Below, piece after piece: positions 24,136 to 36,793 of a stretch of DNA of 64,000 nt (position 1 is the stretch's first letter; each line of letters begins with the position of its first letter). The notes below the pieces were generated by a model. It was not told the DNA's origin. It saw only the letters and a list, made by a program, of their open reading frames with translations, and did not search any database. Location of the stretch: NCBI GenBank assembly GCA_977017645.1, contig OZ360222.1:205530001-205594000 (forward strand). The letters are read 5' to 3'. The stretch is from Torpedo marmorata. Taxonomy: Eukaryota. The position numbers were made by a program, and so were the translations under genes.

Positions 24136-24247
24136 CCCATCATTTTTAAAGTGAAATAATCGAACTATCATTCACTCTGGTGATGTTACAGTTTCCTCTG
24201 TTGACTAATGTTTGACCGTTTTTTCCCCATATCTTATAATGTCTCTC

Positions 24248-24895
24248 TAGAACATGGATCACAGTACAGGCCCTTTGGCCATTGATGTTGTGCTGACCTA
24301 TGTAAGCCTACTCCACAACAATCTAATCCTCACTGCCCATAACCCTCCATTCCTCCATTTTTCTTACATCCATGTGCCTATCTCAGAGTCTTTTAAATGT
24401 CCCTATTGTACCAGCCTCCGCCACCACTCCTGGCAATGCATTCCAGGCACCACTCTGTTGGGGGTGGGAGGGAGCGGAACTTACCTCTGACATCTCCCTT
24501 AAACTTTCTGCCACTCACCTTAAACAGTTGACCTCTAGTACTGGCCATTGCTGCCCTGGGAAATAGGTGCTGATTATCCACTTTGTCTGTGCCTCTTATA
24601 ATCTATTGTTGCCTCTCGTCCTCCGTCATTCCAAAGAGAAAACTCCCAGCTCACTCAGTCTTTCCTCCAAAGACACATTCTCCAATTCAGGCAACATCCT
24701 GGTAAATCTCCTCTGCACCCTCTCTAAAGCTTCCACGTCCTTCCTATAATGAGGCGACCAGAACTGAACACAATAGTCTAAGGATGGTCTAACCAGAATT
24801 TTGTAGAGCTGCAACATTACCTCGCAGCTCTTGAACTCAATCTCCTACTAATGAAAGCCAGCATACCATATGCCTTATTAACTACCCTATCAACC
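24248..24895 (-). mobile_element. CR1 3' fragment
   Basis: ORF 24626-24817 LVRPSLDYCVQFWSPHYRKDVEALERVQRRFTRM. Confidence 0.9.
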
Positions 24896-24949
24896 CAGTC
24901 AAAATCCTTCAATATTTCTTTTCTCCCATGTATATTATTTGCTTTAGAC

Positions 24950-25080
24950 CAGTAGTTTTCAAACTGCCCCCCTAAACTCACATACCACCTTAAGGAATCC
25001 CTTACCAATCACAGAGCACTTATGGCATAGAGATTGCTTAAGGTGGAATGTGAGTTTAGGGGGCAGTTTGAAAACCACTG
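24950..25080. mobile_element. hAT (Charlie-type) palindromic MITE
   Basis: TIRs cagtRgttttcaaactgccccctaaactcaca; 8-bp TSD ctttagac (24942-24949) / ctttggac (25081-25088). Confidence 0.9.
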
Positions 25081-25345
25081 CTTTGGACAGACCTTTATCA
25101 GGGAATTTATACAGCTAAATGCTGTGCCCAAATAAAGATCCCGAAGAGGTGCAACAAGACAACCAATCTCTCTACTCGATGTTTCCCACCTCACCACTTT
25201 TTTATCTGAGCTAACAGGTTGAGCCAATTTCATCAGCTCTCAGAAATCTGAAATGTACAATCTTTAACACCTGCTTATTGGAAAGCATCAGATTTCATCA
25301 ATCCAGTTTCTTCTTGATAATTTCTGCTCTTTACATGTATTTCAG

Positions 25346-28132
25346 GTAGAGAAAGGACAATTACACATGATGGAGACTGACACAGAATTTCGATGGAGCA
25401 GGTATAAATCAGTGAAGAAAGTGAGCAATGCTTTGGACAAAGAGACCATAGATGAGAAAATTAGCAGGCGAGACAGTTTTGTCAGGAAGAAGGAAATGAA
25501 GAGCCAAGTAAATGAGACCAATGTGCCTAGTGATGTTGCTTCAGTGTCCAAAGTTGGTTCCTGTAGTTCAGAGGGGCAGGAAAGTGTCCCTGAACCACTG
25601 GATTCCCATTCACTTGTAAAGCCTGTAAGAGTGGTAATAATTGAAAATGATCCCCAACGCCATAAGGTACCAGAATTGGTGCAGTTGGAAGGTTTCTCCG
25701 ACTCAGTAAATTCCTGCTTTGATGAAGAGAAAATGTCAGTACCAACTTCACAATCCAGTTTGAAGAGTTACACGGCTATGAAAATGCACAGTGAGCAAGA
25801 TTCCAAGAAAACAAAACCTTTGCAGCTTGAAGCTACATCTTCAGCAGGGAAAAAGAAGATTTACTTTGAAACAGAACCATCTGATTTCAGGCATTCTTCA
25901 AAGATTACTGAACAAAATGTTTCCAGTTCACTGTTACCTGCAAGGGATGCTAAGGTTGATTGCTTGCCAAAAGTAAGCAAGAAAGCAATCAGTCCCTCAC
26001 TCCCTACAAAATCTGAAGACAAGATTGGGACTGGGAGCATGAGGAAGTCACATCTTGTGACTGATCAAGAAAAACTGGAAGAAAATGTTTGCAATTTAAG
26101 GAGACGCTGGAATCAGCCACATCCATCTCTGAACAGCTCTTTATTAGAGACGCCAACAATGGCACCAAATTCTGAAATCAAAGCTGAGATGCTGAGTGCC
26201 ATCCACATTCTGCATTCCCCGGAAAGGATGCTAAACTCAGCAGTAACTGCCTCCGATAAATTCAGAAAGAAACAATTGAAAGTGTCTCGCCATAGCTCCT
26301 TCACTAACACAGACGTATTGTTGTCAAAAGGCAGCTCTCGATATATTGACTTGAGAAAAAATGTTGATTCGACCACTCGGGAGTTGCTGCCCTCTGCTGG
26401 AACCAGGGATGTGAAACATCAAAAGAGTAAGGATGATACTGAGGCAGGTAAGGCCACTCGGCTTTGGTTACAAGATGACACAACTTCAGAATTCTTTTGG
26501 AAGGCCTATCCAAAGGCAGGAAGGGTTGAGAAAAGTCAGAAGGTTCCTTTAGCAGCTGATCAAGTGTCTGATTTTTCAACTGAGGCTAGCTACAAAAAAC
26601 ACAGTTATGCATGTGTTTCAGCTAATGGAAGGCCGGACAGCTTTTCTGAAGTGTACTCCGAAGATGATCCCAGTCCAGCGAAGCCTAAATCAACTTTGTT
26701 GTCTGAAGAGTTCCTAACCAAGCCATGGACAAATGGAAAGGATGATGCTTCAGAGAAAACCCACGTAACTCCACCTGTGAAAAAGTCTAAAACGGCAGAT
26801 ATTGAGCAGTCAAGAAAAACCAGGAGCAGTTTGCAACATAAAAGCCATAGTGTATTAGACCTTGATGCTTTGATGGCAGAATACAGAAAAGAAAATTCAG
26901 AAAGAAAACATGAAGAATCAAAGATTTTTCATTACCTTGATAAAAAAGATAACAATCATACCAAAACTCTTCAAAAAGATTATGATGAATACAGTACTCC
27001 AAAGTTGCCAAAATCTGCTGATCTAGACTTTGGAAAATCATCCCCTTCAGGTAAAAAAAGAAGTACTTCTGATAAGCTTATTAAAAAGCCTTTGCATCGC
27101 AATAGTATCCTTGACCTTGATGCTTTGATGGCTGATTACACAAAAGAATCGTCTACACCTCCAGATGTTCTGCAAAAGTTATCTGGTTCAAAACCAACCA
27201 GTGGCACAGATCCTGGTGTGAAAATTCAACAAGCCTTATCCCCATTTTCTGAAGAAGTGAAGACCTCTCAGAGAAATGAGCAAAGAAAGAACTATCATGA
27301 TGGAGAATCTGCAAGAGATGCTTTTGATGGTACAGACACTGATTTGAAATGGCACACCAAAGAAGAGAAGAGAGAAAGCAGGCCATCGTCAGTCCACTGT
27401 GAATATGACTTGAGAAAGTATGATGTTTGCTCAACCAGGCAGAAGTTGGAGGTTGAACAAAGCAGAGAAATGGATGGCAATACCACCCCAGTGGCCAATG
27501 TAATCAGACGGCCCAAGCATGAGCAAAGGAAAAGCAGACCATCTTCAGCCTATGCCGGGTGCTGTGAATTGCAACAGCCTAAGCTGCTTGGCAGAAACAG
27601 AGAAACATCTAGAAAGGATGACCAGAGGGAGTTAACGCCAAGCAGCAGGAAGGATAGGATTGTGGAGGGAAGGTTGGTCACTCCTGTTCAGATTGACAGT
27701 TCAAATCGAGCACTGGGAGGTCATGACCTGGATGCGAAAAACAGTACCTTGGACTATTTGGCCAGTTTGAGGAGGCCCCTTTATGCTGCTTCACATACTG
27801 TACTGGAGAAAGAAAGGTGCGTTGAGATCTCAGTTGATGATGCACAGCACACCGATATGGAAAGCAGACCTGCAGGCCGTGGAGAACATTCTGATCAGAA
27901 TTATTCCAGGACTGTGAAGGACCATCATTCTGATCCGGAGGCTAAGAAGTCGAGACCTTTTGAGATTCATAAGGCACAAAAAAAAATGGAAAGCCTTCCA
28001 ATGAATCAAGAAAGCACGTCAGCAGACTCCAAGAATCATGAAGGAAGAAGGAGGTACTCACCTGACTGGTTTCAACGCCGTGGCACGGAGATTTCAAAGC
28101 ATGGATTGCCAACAACAATGGAGGATAAGACG
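25346..28132 (+). CDS. KIAA1671: KIAA1671-like giant exon (2787 nt, 929 codons)
   Basis: Acceptor tgtatttcag| in frame with ORF 25367-28453; donor ACG|gtgagt at 28133; phase 0/0; Ser/Lys/Glu-rich sequence with two LDLDALMA(E/D)Y motifs. The ORF past 28132 is intron read-through. Confidence 0.88.
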
Positions 28133-28651
28133 GTGAGTGCATTTACTTGGAATAATAACTATTTAGACAAAGTAGAGAGTGAAAACCCTTATTTTAATGT
28201 CATTACTCAAAGGAGCAGGGATAACATTTTCTTAGTGTTAGTAAAACTTAGATTGACCTTGCTTGAGACTGCAACTCATATAAAATTTAGCAATCTACTG
28301 CATTCAACTGTATGTAGTATAAATAAATTAAAATCTTGTACTTTGCAAAACCTGAGGCCTTTGAATATCTTTACATTGAGAACGAGATTCCCTGCAAAAG
28401 CCTGGTTTAGTTGTCTTCCCAGAGGTTTCAAAATCTGTCTGTGCTGCAGATAGAGCATGAACTGCTCTGACATGTATATGGAAAATGAATCCCAATCAGG
28501 ATTTCCATTGCAGTGTGGTGTGTCTCTCATAGTCTCTGCACATGAACCTGGATCAAAGGAAGATAAACATGGGCAGTAGTGGTAAAAAACACAAATGCTG
28601 GAGAAACTCAGCAGGTCAAACAGTGTCTTTTATGTAGCAAAGGTAGAAATA

Positions 28652-28692
28652 CATAACTGACGTTTCGGGCTTGAACCCTTCATCAAAGTATA
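28652..28692 (-). ncRNA. Minimal hammerhead ribozyme-like motif in Penelope pLTR
   Basis: Minus strand tatact-TTGATGA-agggttcaagccc-GAAACGTC-agttat. Confidence 0.6.
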
Positions 28693-31549
28693 AAAAAATG
28701 CCGGCAGGCGTCCGAACAAATGAGTGAGGGGGGGAAGGGGGGTGGCAAAGGCAGGAGATGATAGGTGGAGAAAGGAGGGAGGGGACAGCAGCAAAGAGGG
28801 GGAGGAGGGATGGCTGGGTGGGTGGAAAAAAACAGGAAGGACAGGTGAGGGGGGAGGGGAAGGAAAAGACAAGCAGGTTTAGTGGAAAGCAGAAAAGTCA
28901 ATGTTAATGCCATCTGGCTGGAGAGTGCCCAGACGGAAAATGAGATGTTGTTCCTCCAATTTGCGGGTAGTCTAGGTGGGACAGTACATAAGGCCATGGA
29001 CAGACATGTGAGTGTGGGAGTGTGACTCGGAATTGAAATGGCTGGCAACTGGGAGGTCGCTGTTGTTGCGGACGGAGAGGAGGTGCTCAGCAAAGCGATC
29101 TCCCAATCTACGACCGGTCTCTCCGATGTAGAGAAAGCCACAAAGGGAGCACCGGATGCAGTAAATAAGTTCTCTGGATGTACAAGTGAAGTGTAGTTTC
29201 ACTTGAAAGGCCTGTTTGGGGCCCCGGACCGTGGTGAGGGGGGAGGTGTGGGCGCAGGTGTTGCACCTCCTGCGGGCACAGGGGAAGGTGCCGGGGGTGC
29301 GATGGGTGGGGAGGGATGAGTGCACGAGGGAATCGCGGAGGGAGCGGTCCCTGCAGAAGGCCGAGAGGGGAGGAGAAGGAAAAATGTGTCTTGTGGTGGG
29401 ATCCTGTAGTAAGTGCCAGAAATTCCGGCGGATAATGTGTTGGATGCAGAGGCTGGTGGGGTGGTAGGTGAGGATGAGGGGGATTCTATGTTTGTTGTGT
29501 CTGGAGGCAGAGGGAGCCAGGGAAGATGAGCGGGAAATGGAGGAGATGCGGGTGAGGGCTGAGTTGATGGTGGTGGAGGGGAAGCCACGTTTGTGGAAGA
29601 AGGCAGACATTTCAGAAGATCTGGACTGGAAGACCTTATCTTGGGAACAGATGTGGCGGAGACGGAGAAATTGAGAGAAGGGGATGGAATCCCTGCAGGG
29701 GACCGGTGTGAGGAAGTGTAGTCCAGATAGTTGTGGGAGTTGGAGGGTTTGTAGTAAATGTCGGTGGAAAGCTTGTCTCCTGAGATGGAGACAAGCGAGA
29801 TCCAGGAAGTGGAGAGTGTTATCGGAGATGGACCAGGTGAGTTTGAGATCGTGGTGGAAGTTGGATGCGAAGTGGATGAAGTTGACAAGCTCATCGCGGG
29901 TGCATGAGGCAGCCCCGATGTAGTCGTCGATATAACGGAGGAAGAGATGAGGGGTCTTGCCTGTGTAGGCTTGCAGCATGGATTGCTCCACAAAGCCCAC
30001 AAACAGGCAGGCGTAGCTGGTACCCATGCGGGTACCCATGGCTACTCCTTTGATTTGGAGGAAGTGGGATGAAGGAGAAGTTATTGAGAGTGAGGACAAG
30101 TTCTGCCAGGCGGAGGAGGGTGGTGGTAGAGGGTGACTTGTCGGGTCTTTGGTCCAGGAAGAAGCGAAGTGCTTTCAGACCTTCTGTGTGGGGGATAGAG
30201 GTATAAAGGGATTGGACATCCATGGTGAAGATGATATGGTCCGGTTCAGGGAATCTGAAGTCATTGAGGAGATGGAGGTCATGTGAGGTGTCGCGGATGT
30301 AGGTGGGGAGGGATTGGACCAAGGGAGAAAAGATGGAGTCAAGGTAAGATGAAACTAGTTCGGTGGGGCAGGAGCAGGCAGAAACAATGGGTCTGCCCGA
30401 ATGGTTGGGTTTGTGTATCTTGGGTAGAAGGTAGAAACAGGCAGTGCGGGGGTGGGGGAGAATGAGGTCGGTGGCCGTGGAGGGGAGGTGACCGCAGGTG
30501 ATGAGGTCGGAGATGGTGTTGGAGACAGTGGCATGATGTGCAGTGGTGGGGTCCTGTGGGAGGGGTCGGTAGGAGGAGGTGTCTGAGAGCTGTCGACTGG
30601 CCTCGGCAAGGTAGAGGTCAGTGCGCCAGACCACAACCGCACTGCCCTTGTCTGCGGGTTTGATGGTGAGGTTGGGATTGTTGTGGAGAGAGTGGAGGGC
30701 AGAGCGTTCTGAGGAGGTGAGGTTGGAATACGAGAGGGGGGTGGTGAGGTTGAGACGGTTGATGTCACGGCGGCAGTTGGAAATAAAAATGTCCAGAGCG
30801 GGCAGCTGGCCAGGGCGGGGTGTCCAGGAAGAGGAAGAAGGCTTGAAGCGGGAGAAGGGGTCTTGGGTGGGGGGTGGAGAGTCACGGTCATGGAAGTGAG
30901 CCCAGAGGTGGAGGCGACGGAAGAAGAGTTCGGCATCGCGACGTGCGCGGAACTCGTTGAGGTGTTGGCGGAGGGGGACGAAGGTGAGGCCTCTACTGAG
31001 GACCGAGCGCTCTGTCTCAGAGAGGGAAGGTCAGAGGGGATAGTAAAAACCAAGCAGGGGTTAGAGTGGGGATCGGTGTTGTGGAGGGTGTTGGGGGAGG
31101 GTTGGGGAGGTCAGAGGGGGGAGGTGGAGGGTGGGGGAGGTTGGAGGGAGGAGGAGGGGGGTTGGGGGTGTTGGCGGGGGGAGGTGGGGGAGGTAGGAGG
31201 GTGGGAGAGGGGGGTAGGGAGGGTGCCAGAGAGAGGGGGGGGATGGAGGGAAGGGAAGGGATGAGGTCTGAGGGTTGGGGAGGAGAGGGGGGCAGAGAGG
31301 GGGAGATGGGGGTGGAGTAGGGAGAGGTGTAGGAGGATAGGGAAGGAGTAGTGAGGGGGATAGGTAAGTGGGATCCAGTAGTGAGATGAGGACTCCAGTG
31401 GCAGTCAGCGTGGGAGGCTCCAGCAGGTAACAGTCTGTGTCGGGAGTCGGCAGTGGAGGCAACGGGAGCTCTGCTGAGTAGGGGCTTGGGGCCCGGGCTG
31501 GAGTGGGCGGCTGTGGCATCGGTTGTACCGTCGTGTCGGCGCCCAGGGC

Positions 31550-31828
31550 GCGGGTAGGAGTGGGCGGCCGTGGCGTTGGGAGCTCCGGAAAGTCGGCGGC
31601 CGGGCTCCAGGGTTGGGTCGGCGGCCGTGGCGTCGGGAGCTCCAGTGAGATGGCGGCCAGGGTCCAGGCTCGGGTCAGCGGCCGTGGCGTTGGGAGCTCC
31701 GGTGAGTCGGCGGCCGGGGTCCAGGCTCGGGTCGGCGGCCATGGCGTTGGGAGCTCCGGTGAGACGGCGGCCGGGGTCCAGGGTCGGGTCGGCGGCCGTG
31801 GCGTTGGGAGTTCCGGTGAGACGGCGGC
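31550..31828. repeat. 60-bp GC-rich tandem repeat (~5 units) inside the Penelope 5' coding region
   Basis: Units tggcgttgggagctccggtgagtcggcggccggggtccaggctcgggtcggcggccg; - strand reads RRLTGAPNATAADPSLDPG repeatedly. Confidence 0.92.
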
Positions 31829-33001
31829 CACTTCGCATCCAACTTCCACCACGATCTCAAACTCACCTGTCCATCTCCGATAACACTCTCCCCTTCCTGG
31901 ATCTCTCTGTCTCCATCTCGGGAGACACGCTTTCCACCGACATTTACTACAAACCCTCCAACTCCCACAACTATCTGGACTACACTTCCTCACACCCTGT
32001 CCCCTGCAAGGATTCCATCCCCTTCTCTCAATTTCTCCGTCTCCGCCGCATCTGTTCCCAAGATGAGGTCTTCCAGTCCAGATCTTCTGAAATGTCTGCC
32101 TTCTTCCACAAACGTGGCTTCCCCTCCACCACCATCAACTCAGCCCTCACCCGCATCTCCTCCATTTCCCGCTCATCTGCCCTGGCCCCCTCTGCCCCCA
32201 GACGCAACAAACATAGAATCCCCCTCATCCTCACCTACCACCCCACCAGCCTCTGCATCCAACACATTATCCGCCAGAATTTCCGGCACTTACTACAGGA
32301 TCCCACCACCAGACACATTTTTCCTTCTCCTCCCCTCTTGGCCTTCCGCAGGGACCGCTCCCTCCGCGATTCCCTCGTGCACTCATCCCTCCCCACCCAT
32401 CGCACCCCCGGCACCTTCCCCTGTGCCCGCAGGAGGTGCAACACCTGCGCCCACACCTCCCCCCTCACCACGGTCCAGGGCCCAAAACAGGCCTTTCAAG
32501 TGAAACTACACTTCACTTGTACATCCAGAGAACTTATTTACTGCTCCCTTTGTGGCTTTCTCTACATCGGAGAGACCGGTCGTAGATTGGGAGATCGCTT
32601 TGCTGAGCACCTCCTCTCCGTCCGCAACAACAGCGACCTCCCAGTTGCCAGCCATTTCAATTCCGAGTCACACTCCCACACTGACATGTCTGTCCATGGC
32701 CTTATGTACTATCCCACCCAGACTACCCGCAAATTGGAGGAACAACATCTCATTTTCCGTCTGGGCACTCTCCAGCCAGATGGCATTAACATTGACTTTT
32801 CTGCTTTCCACTAAACCTGCTTGTCTTTTCCTTCCCCTCCCCCCTCACCTGTCCTTCCTGTTTTTCTCCAGTTACCTAGCCATCCCTCCTCCCCCTCTTT
32901 GCTGCTGTCCCCTCCCTCCTTTCTCCACCTATCATCTCCTGCCTTTGCCACCCCCCCCTCCCCCCCTCACTCTTTTGTTCGGACGCCTGCCGGCATTTTC
33001 T

Positions 33002-33042
33002 CATACTTTGATGAAGGGCTCAAGCCCGAAACGTCGGTTATG
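33002..33042 (+). ncRNA. Minimal hammerhead ribozyme-like motif in Penelope pLTR
   Basis: catact-TTGATGA-a-gggct-ca-agccc-GAAACGTC-ggttatg: core YUGANGA, stem II, GAAA, GUC triplet and a bulged stem I. Confidence 0.65.
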
Positions 33043-33895
33043 TATTTCTACCTTTGCTATATGAAAGACACTGTTTGACCTGCTGAGTTTCTCCAGCATT
33101 TGTGTTTTTTACTTCAACCACGGTGTCTACAGATTTTCGTGTTTTACTTATGGGCAGTAGTGGTCTTGTATTCTTCCCTCCCTCCCCTCCCTTCTCCTCC
33201 CCTCCCTCCCTTCTCTTACTTCCATATCTCCCTCACTTTATATTTCCCCCACTATCTACTTCTTGTTGCCTTCCTTCTCCTTTTCCCCTCCTCTCTATTC
33301 ACTATCCCTTTCAGTCAGGCTGGTTGTATAATGGCTTTCTGCTGTTTATGAATGATTCGGCACACCATTCACCATTGCCAAGTTACTAAAGCATCTATTT
33401 ACCACTGTCCCATCGTAAAGTCCACATGGGAGGTTTTGTGAATGTGTTGCAAACAAACGAACATAGCTGTTGTTATTGAGTTCGAGAGGAATGGTTTGCT
33501 TACAACTCCTGCCAAATTGGGCATCTGCTCCATTGACGCAGTATATAGGATAGATAATGTTTTATTCAGGAATGGCATTCCATTTTAAATTGTATATCTT
33601 TCCAATACAGTGAGAAAAATTTGTTTGGAGTACTGGTTCAAACAGCATGGTGTGACGTCATGTGTTTGTTACAGTTTTGAATGTCTCTGCTTTACCAGAG
33701 AATCTGATGTTGTATGCAGTGAAGAGTAACGAGTGAGAACAAAGTAATAATGTGGAAGTGGCACCTGTGTTTCCCTAACTTTTACCGGTTAACAGTACAA
33801 GACTGACAGATACTGTTTATACATCAAGATTTGGCTTAAATTAGAAAGCTTCAATGAGATTTTCCTCCGTTGCTTACCATAACTTTATGTGACAG

Positions 33896-34060
33896 GGTTC
33901 CCAACACGTACAAAAGGAGCAAGGTGTGGAGTTCCGGAAGAGCATGAGGAGAAAAATCGGGGATATGATTCAGTTGCCTTCAAAGGCCAAGAAACAAAAT
34001 CAGAAGAAAACTCTCTCACGACATGAAGTGCAGCAGCAGAAATGTCAAGTCCACAAAGCA
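33896..34060 (+). CDS. KIAA1671: Probable KIAA1671-like exon (165 nt)
   Basis: Acceptor tttatgtgacag|, 55 open codons in phase 0 (GSQHVQKEQGVEFRKSMRRK...VHKA), donor GCA|gtaaga. Confidence 0.65.
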
Positions 34061-34226
34061 GTAAGAAACCGATTTCACCTTTGGTGTGATACTGCTGTCG
34101 GGGTTGGAAATGGTCTGCGCTGTCAGTGCCACATGGGGTGACAGTGGGTGCAACTGTTGACAGATAGGCAGCGGGTGCCGCTTTGATGAGCTCTTCATCG
34201 GTGCTGCTGCAGTTTGTGTGTTGATT

Positions 34227-34326
34227 GTGCGGCTGTGGGCGAACAGGCGGTCGGTGCGACTGTGGGCAGACGGGCGGTCGGTGCGGCTGTGGGCCGTCGG
34301 TACGACTGTGGGCGGATGGGCGGTCC
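34227..34326. repeat. ~27-bp CpG-rich minisatellite (about 4 units)
   Basis: gtgcgRctgtgggc...ggcggtcg repeated. Confidence 0.85.
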
Positions 34327-35515
34327 GTGGCCCAAATAATGATGAGCCTGTTTATGGTGTAAAATTCTTCCAAGCCAGGAGCTGGCTATTTGGCATTACG
34401 TACTGTCTTCTGTTTGACTGCGAGGATGATCCTGGGTGAGTTTTGTTATTTACTGTGGACCCGCCCTCTGTGGAAGGCATCACCACTGAGCCCTTGGTAG
34501 TTCTTCTCCGACGCACAGCCATATGCATCAATGACGGAACTGTGCTGTGTAGCCAACTGTAGTGCCCAGTGGTATTACTGTGGAAATGTATTTGTATGGA
34601 TGTGTCTCTGGTGTAGTATTCTGTTAACATTGTTATCGAGTATTACTAGCTGAACAAGATACCAAAGATCAACAAATGTCAGCAGAATTACACAATTTAA
34701 GAGCAAGAAACAGATTCATGTCTTTAGGAGAAGAGGAGTGTCAATGATTTAAGGAGTAAGATTCTCTTCCGGCACAGAATATATTTGAAATAGACTTAAC
34801 AGCTGTCACGAAAGAATTCAAAAAGTAACTTTGATGTCGGTTTCCTCCCAAAGTGGGCAGGGAGTGCAATATTTCCCATTTGCGCAGTCTTTAGGAAATG
34901 CTGTGCACTGTTTTGTGTCAAACTTTGAGTATTTCAGACAAAAATGAATCCACCAGAACTTGCACTTATCCTGAGAATTTGGTCAGAGTTGTTACTGGTG
35001 CAAAGCATGTGTTCTCATCCGTTTGTTAATTGGGGAAAGAGAAGGCAGTTCTGAAATGGGTGGGACACTCTTGTCAAGATTATTGAGTGGTTGTTTCGAT
35101 AAGTGTTGTTAACATGCCTTAGAGTAGTGGTTCACAACTATTTTTCACCCACTATTTCCTTACTGACCACTGACCATCAGCAGGACTGGGGCTAGCCAAC
35201 TCGAGCCCCTTCTCAGACCTCCAATGGGATTTTTGTTTTGTTACAGTGGAATTTTTTTTCGTGAATTTTTGGGTGTTTGTTGTCATCAAATTTGCTATCT
35301 TATTTTACTTTATACCTGTTTATTATATTGGTAATATACTGTATGTCTTAATGATAATTTATTGTCATGTACATTGTAGAATGTACATATGCACTGAAAT
35401 TCTTACTCGCTGCAAGCAGGTACTTTGTCAAAGAAAAATAACAAAAACAACTACAATGGTGTATTAACTTGAATTTAAAAAAAGACAATGAATACAAAAA
35501 TAGATAAATATTCAG

Positions 35516-35585
35516 TTAAACAGGAAATTCTACAGACGCTGTGATTGTAGTGCAATACACAAAAATACACTTTTGTGTATTACAC
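35516..35585. mobile_element. 70-bp Penelope-terminus fold-back insertion
   Basis: PLE tail aaattctacagacgctgtgattgtagt plus hairpin gtgcaatacacaaaa...ttttgtgtattacac; perfect 15-bp TSD tagataaatattcag at 35501-35515 and 35586-35600. Confidence 0.75.
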
Positions 35586-35611
35586 TAGATAAATATTCAG
35601 CTAACCTAGTG

Positions 35612-36491
35612 TGGTGGTTCTCAACTTTTTTTTCCACTCACGTACCACCTTAAGTAATCCCTTACTATCCACAGAGCACCTATGGCATAGGATGCGGGGA
35701 GCGAGGGAGCTTTGAACGTGAGGGAGCCGATGGTGGTTTTATTTGAGATCCCGTGACCGCGGGGTCTGCGCCCAAGATGGCAGCGCCTATTAATCGGCAG
35801 CAGCTACGAGGGGCTGCAGACTCTGGGAAAGCGGAAGACTGGAGCAGGGCACCAGAGGCCGGGAAGATCACCCCCCGTCTGAGAAGGAAAAGCAGAGGAG
35901 ACGACCCACAGGACGGTGACCACGGCGGCGGACTAGTGAGGGGGCTCTGCGACTGAGGGACCAGTGCATGCGGCAGGCTGCTGGCGACTCGAGGCGAGCA
36001 ACCAGCGGAGGCTGTGGGCTGCTGGAGACTGCTGTCAGGAGACTCGCGCCGGGCTGCGGACTGCTGGAGACTGGCTCGAACTGGCTGGAGGAGTACCAGG
36101 TATTGGAACCGGGATGCAAGGGGGCCGAAGGGTTCCTGACTGTGTCGGAGGTTCGGATCTGGAGCTCGGGTTGCCGATGGTTTAGACTGGACTCTGTGTG
36201 GCTGCGGAAGTGTTGGAGGCGAATCTGCGGACACTCGGTGACTCTGGGGGGATTCTCTTTTGCTTCTCTTTCTCTGACTGTAAGGAATGTTAGAGGCGCT
36301 TAGGCAGTTTCTGCCGGTGACGAATCTGTCTGCCTTGCAGCAGGCAAAAAGAAATTTCATGGAATATGACACTGTTTTATTACTATGACAATAAATTGAA
36401 TCTTGAATATCTTGAATATAGGTGCTCTGTGGTTAGTAAGGGATTACTTAAGGTGGTATATGAGTGGAAAGAAAAAGGTTGAGAACCACTG
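35612..36491. mobile_element. hAT palindromic MITE split at its centre by the GC-rich retroelement
   Basis: TIRs gtggttctcaac...gttgagaaccactg; 8-bp TSD acctagtg (35604-35611) / tcctagtg (36492-36499); related to 24950-25080. Confidence 0.88.
35692..36417 (+). mobile_element. GC-rich non-autonomous retroelement, copy 2 (5'-truncated)
   Basis: Homologous to 5670-6450; tail ttgaatcttgaat; atagg duplicated at 35687-35691 and 36418-36422. Confidence 0.88.
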
Positions 36492-36793
36492 TCCTAGTGC
36501 AAAAATGGTGACCTTGCAACAGTGCAGATAGTCCATTTGTAATGTCAGAGCAGTCCCTGATTAGTGCACCAAGGGGAGGTTCAAGAGCCTGATAGCCATT
36601 GGAAAGAGCCCAGTGAGCCCCAAATCCTTTCTACAATGCTGTTGGTCATTGATTGAAACCAATTATGTCACTCTATGGTTATGAACTGGTAAATAATTGG
36701 GGAACTATAAATAGCTAATAACTCCAATGCAATATGCAAAATTGATAGTAGTTTTCCACCTCAGTGCAAAGTGTCTTTGTCTGTGTAACAAAA

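Larger units (their letters stand above)
28584..33149. mobile_element. Penelope-like retroelement (RT + GIY-YIG): main copy on - (28584-31828) fused to an inverted 3' copy on + (31829-33149)
   Basis: FYLLPKIHK, GRPIVS, MDVQSLYTSIP, GVAMGT, LRYIDD, LIYCIRCSLCGFLYIGETGRRLGDRFAEH; ~1.3-kb inverted repeat; perfect 15-bp TSD atgggcagtagtggt at 28569-28583 and 33150-33164; frameshifted. Confidence 0.95.

Noticed and set aside
28133-28453. C-terminal 100 aa of the 1028-aa ORF
   Set aside because: Follows a consensus donor (ACG|gtgagt) and changes composition; most likely intron read-through.
31550-31828. CRISPR-like array
   Set aside because: Contiguous tandem units with no unique spacers, in a eukaryotic retroelement; likewise 42649-42860 and 59472-59588.
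31570-32814. Novel 414-aa repeat + GIY-YIG gene
   Set aside because: Chance fusion of the antisense minisatellite to the inverted Penelope 3' arm across the inversion junction; GTG start and no splice or promoter evidence.
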